A DNA stretch of 32,000 nt from Dickeya dadantii NCPPB 898 (GTDB taxonomy: Bacteria; Pseudomonadota; Gammaproteobacteria; Enterobacterales; Enterobacteriaceae): the NCBI RefSeq assembly GCF_000406145.1, contig NZ_CM001976.1, positions 567,260 through 599,259 on the forward strand. Direction: 5' to 3'. A model generated the notes under the pieces. It saw only the letters and a list, made by a program, of their open reading frames with translations. It was not told where the DNA came from and did no database searches. Position numbers and translations under genes: made by a program. Shown one piece after another: positions 30,534 to 32,000 of this stretch (within the stretch, counting starts at the first letter, position 1; the number at the start of each line of letters is the position of its first letter).

Positions 30534-31952
30534 ATGCCCCAGTTTTTAAGTGAAGATTTTTTGTTGGATACCGAGTTTGCCCGTCGGCTGTACCATGAAT
30601 TTGCAGCGGATCAGCCAATTTTTGATTACCACTGCCATTTACCGCCTGCGCAGATTGCCGAAAATTACCGCTTTAAAAACCTGTATGACATCTGGCTGAA
30701 AGGCGACCATTACAAATGGCGTGCCATGCGCACCAACGGCGTACCGGAGCGTTTGTGTACCGGCGACGCCAGCGACTGGGAGAAATTCGAAGCCTGGGCC
30801 GCCACCGTACCGCATACCATCGGCAACCCGCTGTATCATTGGACGCACCTGGAACTGCGCCGTCCGTTCGGCGTCACCGGTACCCTGCTGTCGCCGTCTA
30901 CCGCTAAAGACATCTGGAACCGCACCAACGCCCTGCTGGAGCGTGACGAATTCACGGCGCGCGGCATCATGCAGCAGATGAACGTGAAAATGGTCGGCAC
31001 CACCGACGATCCGATCGACGACCTGCTGCATCACAAAGCGGTTGCCCAGGATAAAACCTTCTCTATCAAGGTGCTGCCGAGCTGGCGTCCTGACAAGGCA
31101 TTCAATATCGAACTGGCGACCTTTAACGACTACATGGCGAAGCTCGGCGAAGTGTCCGATACCGACATCCGTCGTTTCAGCGACCTGCAGGCGGCGCTGA
31201 CCAAGCGTCTGGACCACTTCGCCGCGCACGGCTGTAAAGTGTCCGACCACGCGCTGGACGTCGTGTTGTACGCCGATGCGGATGAAGCCACGCTGGATGG
31301 CATTCTGGCCCGTCGCCTGTCCGGCGCCACCCTGAACGAACACGAAGTGGCGCAGTTCAAAACCGCGGTGCTGGTATGGCTGGGCGCCGAATACGCGCGT
31401 CGCGGCTGGGTGCAGCAGTACCACATCGGCGCGCTGCGCAACAACAACCTGCGTCAGTTCAATCTGCTGGGGCCGGACGTGGGCTTCGATTCCATCAACG
31501 ACCGCCCGATGGCGCAGGAACTGTCCCGTCTGCTCAGCAAACAGAATGAAGAAAACCTGCTGCCGAAAACCATCCTGTACTGCCTGAACCCGCGTGATAA
31601 CGAAGTGCTGGGCACCATGATCGGTAACTTCCAGGGCGAAGGCATGCCGGGCAAGATGCAGTTCGGTTCCGGCTGGTGGTTTAACGACCAGAAAGACGGC
31701 ATGCAGCGTCAGATGACGCAGCTGGCGCAACTGGGCCTGCTGAGCCGTTTCGTCGGCATGCTGACCGACAGCCGCAGTTTCCTGTCCTACACCCGTCATG
31801 AGTACTTCCGCCGCATTCTGTGCCAGATGATCGGCCGCTGGGTGGAAGATGGCGAAGCGCCGGGCGACCTGCCGTTGCTGGGCGAGATGGTGAAAAATAT
31901 CTGTTTCGATAACGCCAAAAACTATTTCGGCATCGAGTTATACCAAAAATAA
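30534..31952 (+). CDS. uxaC: Uronate (glucuronate) isomerase
   Basis: [32 protein letters not shown]...[17 protein letters not shown]... is collinear with E. coli UxaC. The last three codons and the stop lie inside an ERIC end. Confidence 0.97.
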   Translation: MPQFLSEDFLLDTEFARRLYHEFAADQPIFDYHCHLPPAQIAENYRFKNLYDIWLKGDHYKWRAMRTNGVPERLCTGDASDWEKFEAWAATVPHTIGNPLYHWTHLELRRPFGVTGTLLSPSTAKDIWNRTNALLERDEFTARGIMQQMNVKMVGTTDDPIDDLLHHKAVAQDKTFSIKVLPSWRPDKAFNIELATFNDYMAKLGEVSDTDIRRFSDLQAALTKRLDHFAAHGCKVSDHALDVVLYADADEATLDGILARRLSGATLNEHEVAQFKTAVLVWLGAEYARRGWVQQYHIGALRNNNLRQFNLLGPDVGFDSINDRPMAQELSRLLSKQNEENLLPKTILYCLNPRDNEVLGTMIGNFQGEGMPGKMQFGSGWWFNDQKDGMQRQMTQLAQLGLLSRFVGMLTDSRSFLSYTRHEYFRRILCQMIGRWVEDGEAPGDLPLLGEMVKNICFDNAKNYFGIELYQK

Positions 31953-32000
31953 TTCGAGTTGCAGGAAGGCGGCAACCGAGGGAATCCCCGGGAGCTTACA
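31939..32000. repeat. ERIC element (inverted orientation), truncated by the window end
   Basis: tataccaaaaataattcgagttgcaggaaggcggcaaccgagggaatccccgggagcttaca is the reverse complement of the right half of the 28435-28563 copy. It contains the ERIC1R-type motif tgtaagctcccggggattcc. Confidence 0.8.

Overview
This window is a chromosomal segment from an Enterobacterales genome. Gene content and order match E. coli K-12 blocks. The high G+C content, the ERIC repeats and the hexuronate genes suggest a Pectobacteriaceae such as Dickeya, but that is inference only.

Left edge: a P4-type integrase lies next to tRNA-Phe (pheU position). This marks the end of a genomic island that continues beyond position 1.

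Housekeeping blocks follow in this order: yjdC-dsbD-cutA-dcuA-aspA (-), fxsA-groES-groEL (+), ubiC-ubiA (+), plsB (-), dgkA-lexA (+), zur (-), yhaK (-) / yhaJ (+), yqjG-yqjF-yqjK-yqjE-yqjD-mzrA-yqjA (-), exuR-exuT (-) and uxaC (+).

The standout feature is a group II intron of about 3.6 kb (10834-14425) inserted inside the groEL stop codon.
- The intron's first G completes the TAG stop, and splicing would regenerate TAA.
- Its 5' end is GUGCG.
- EBS2 and EBS1 are complementary to the last 13 nt of groEL.
- It has textbook domains V and VI and an intact RT-maturase-HNH ORF.
- It lies between groEL and the operon's real intrinsic terminator, so it should be transcribed from the sigma32 groESL promoter.

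The intron is unusually large for two reasons.
- An AT-rich insert of about 700 nt sits in domain IV, downstream of the RT gene. It carries an extra 80-aa ORF with a strong SD and an internally repeated sequence.
- Roughly 400 extra nt, including a very AT-rich tract, lie between the 5' end and the EBS loops.

Other points of note:
- a 7-unit array of 17-18-bp tandem repeats in the lexA-zur gap, where dinF is missing
- an in-frame 18-bp x4 repeat in cutA
- three ERIC-type repeats around the exu/uxa genes, one of which supplies the uxaC stop codon
- several synteny breakpoints relative to E. coli

Many long ORFs in the six-frame track are antisense artefacts of G+C-rich genes.
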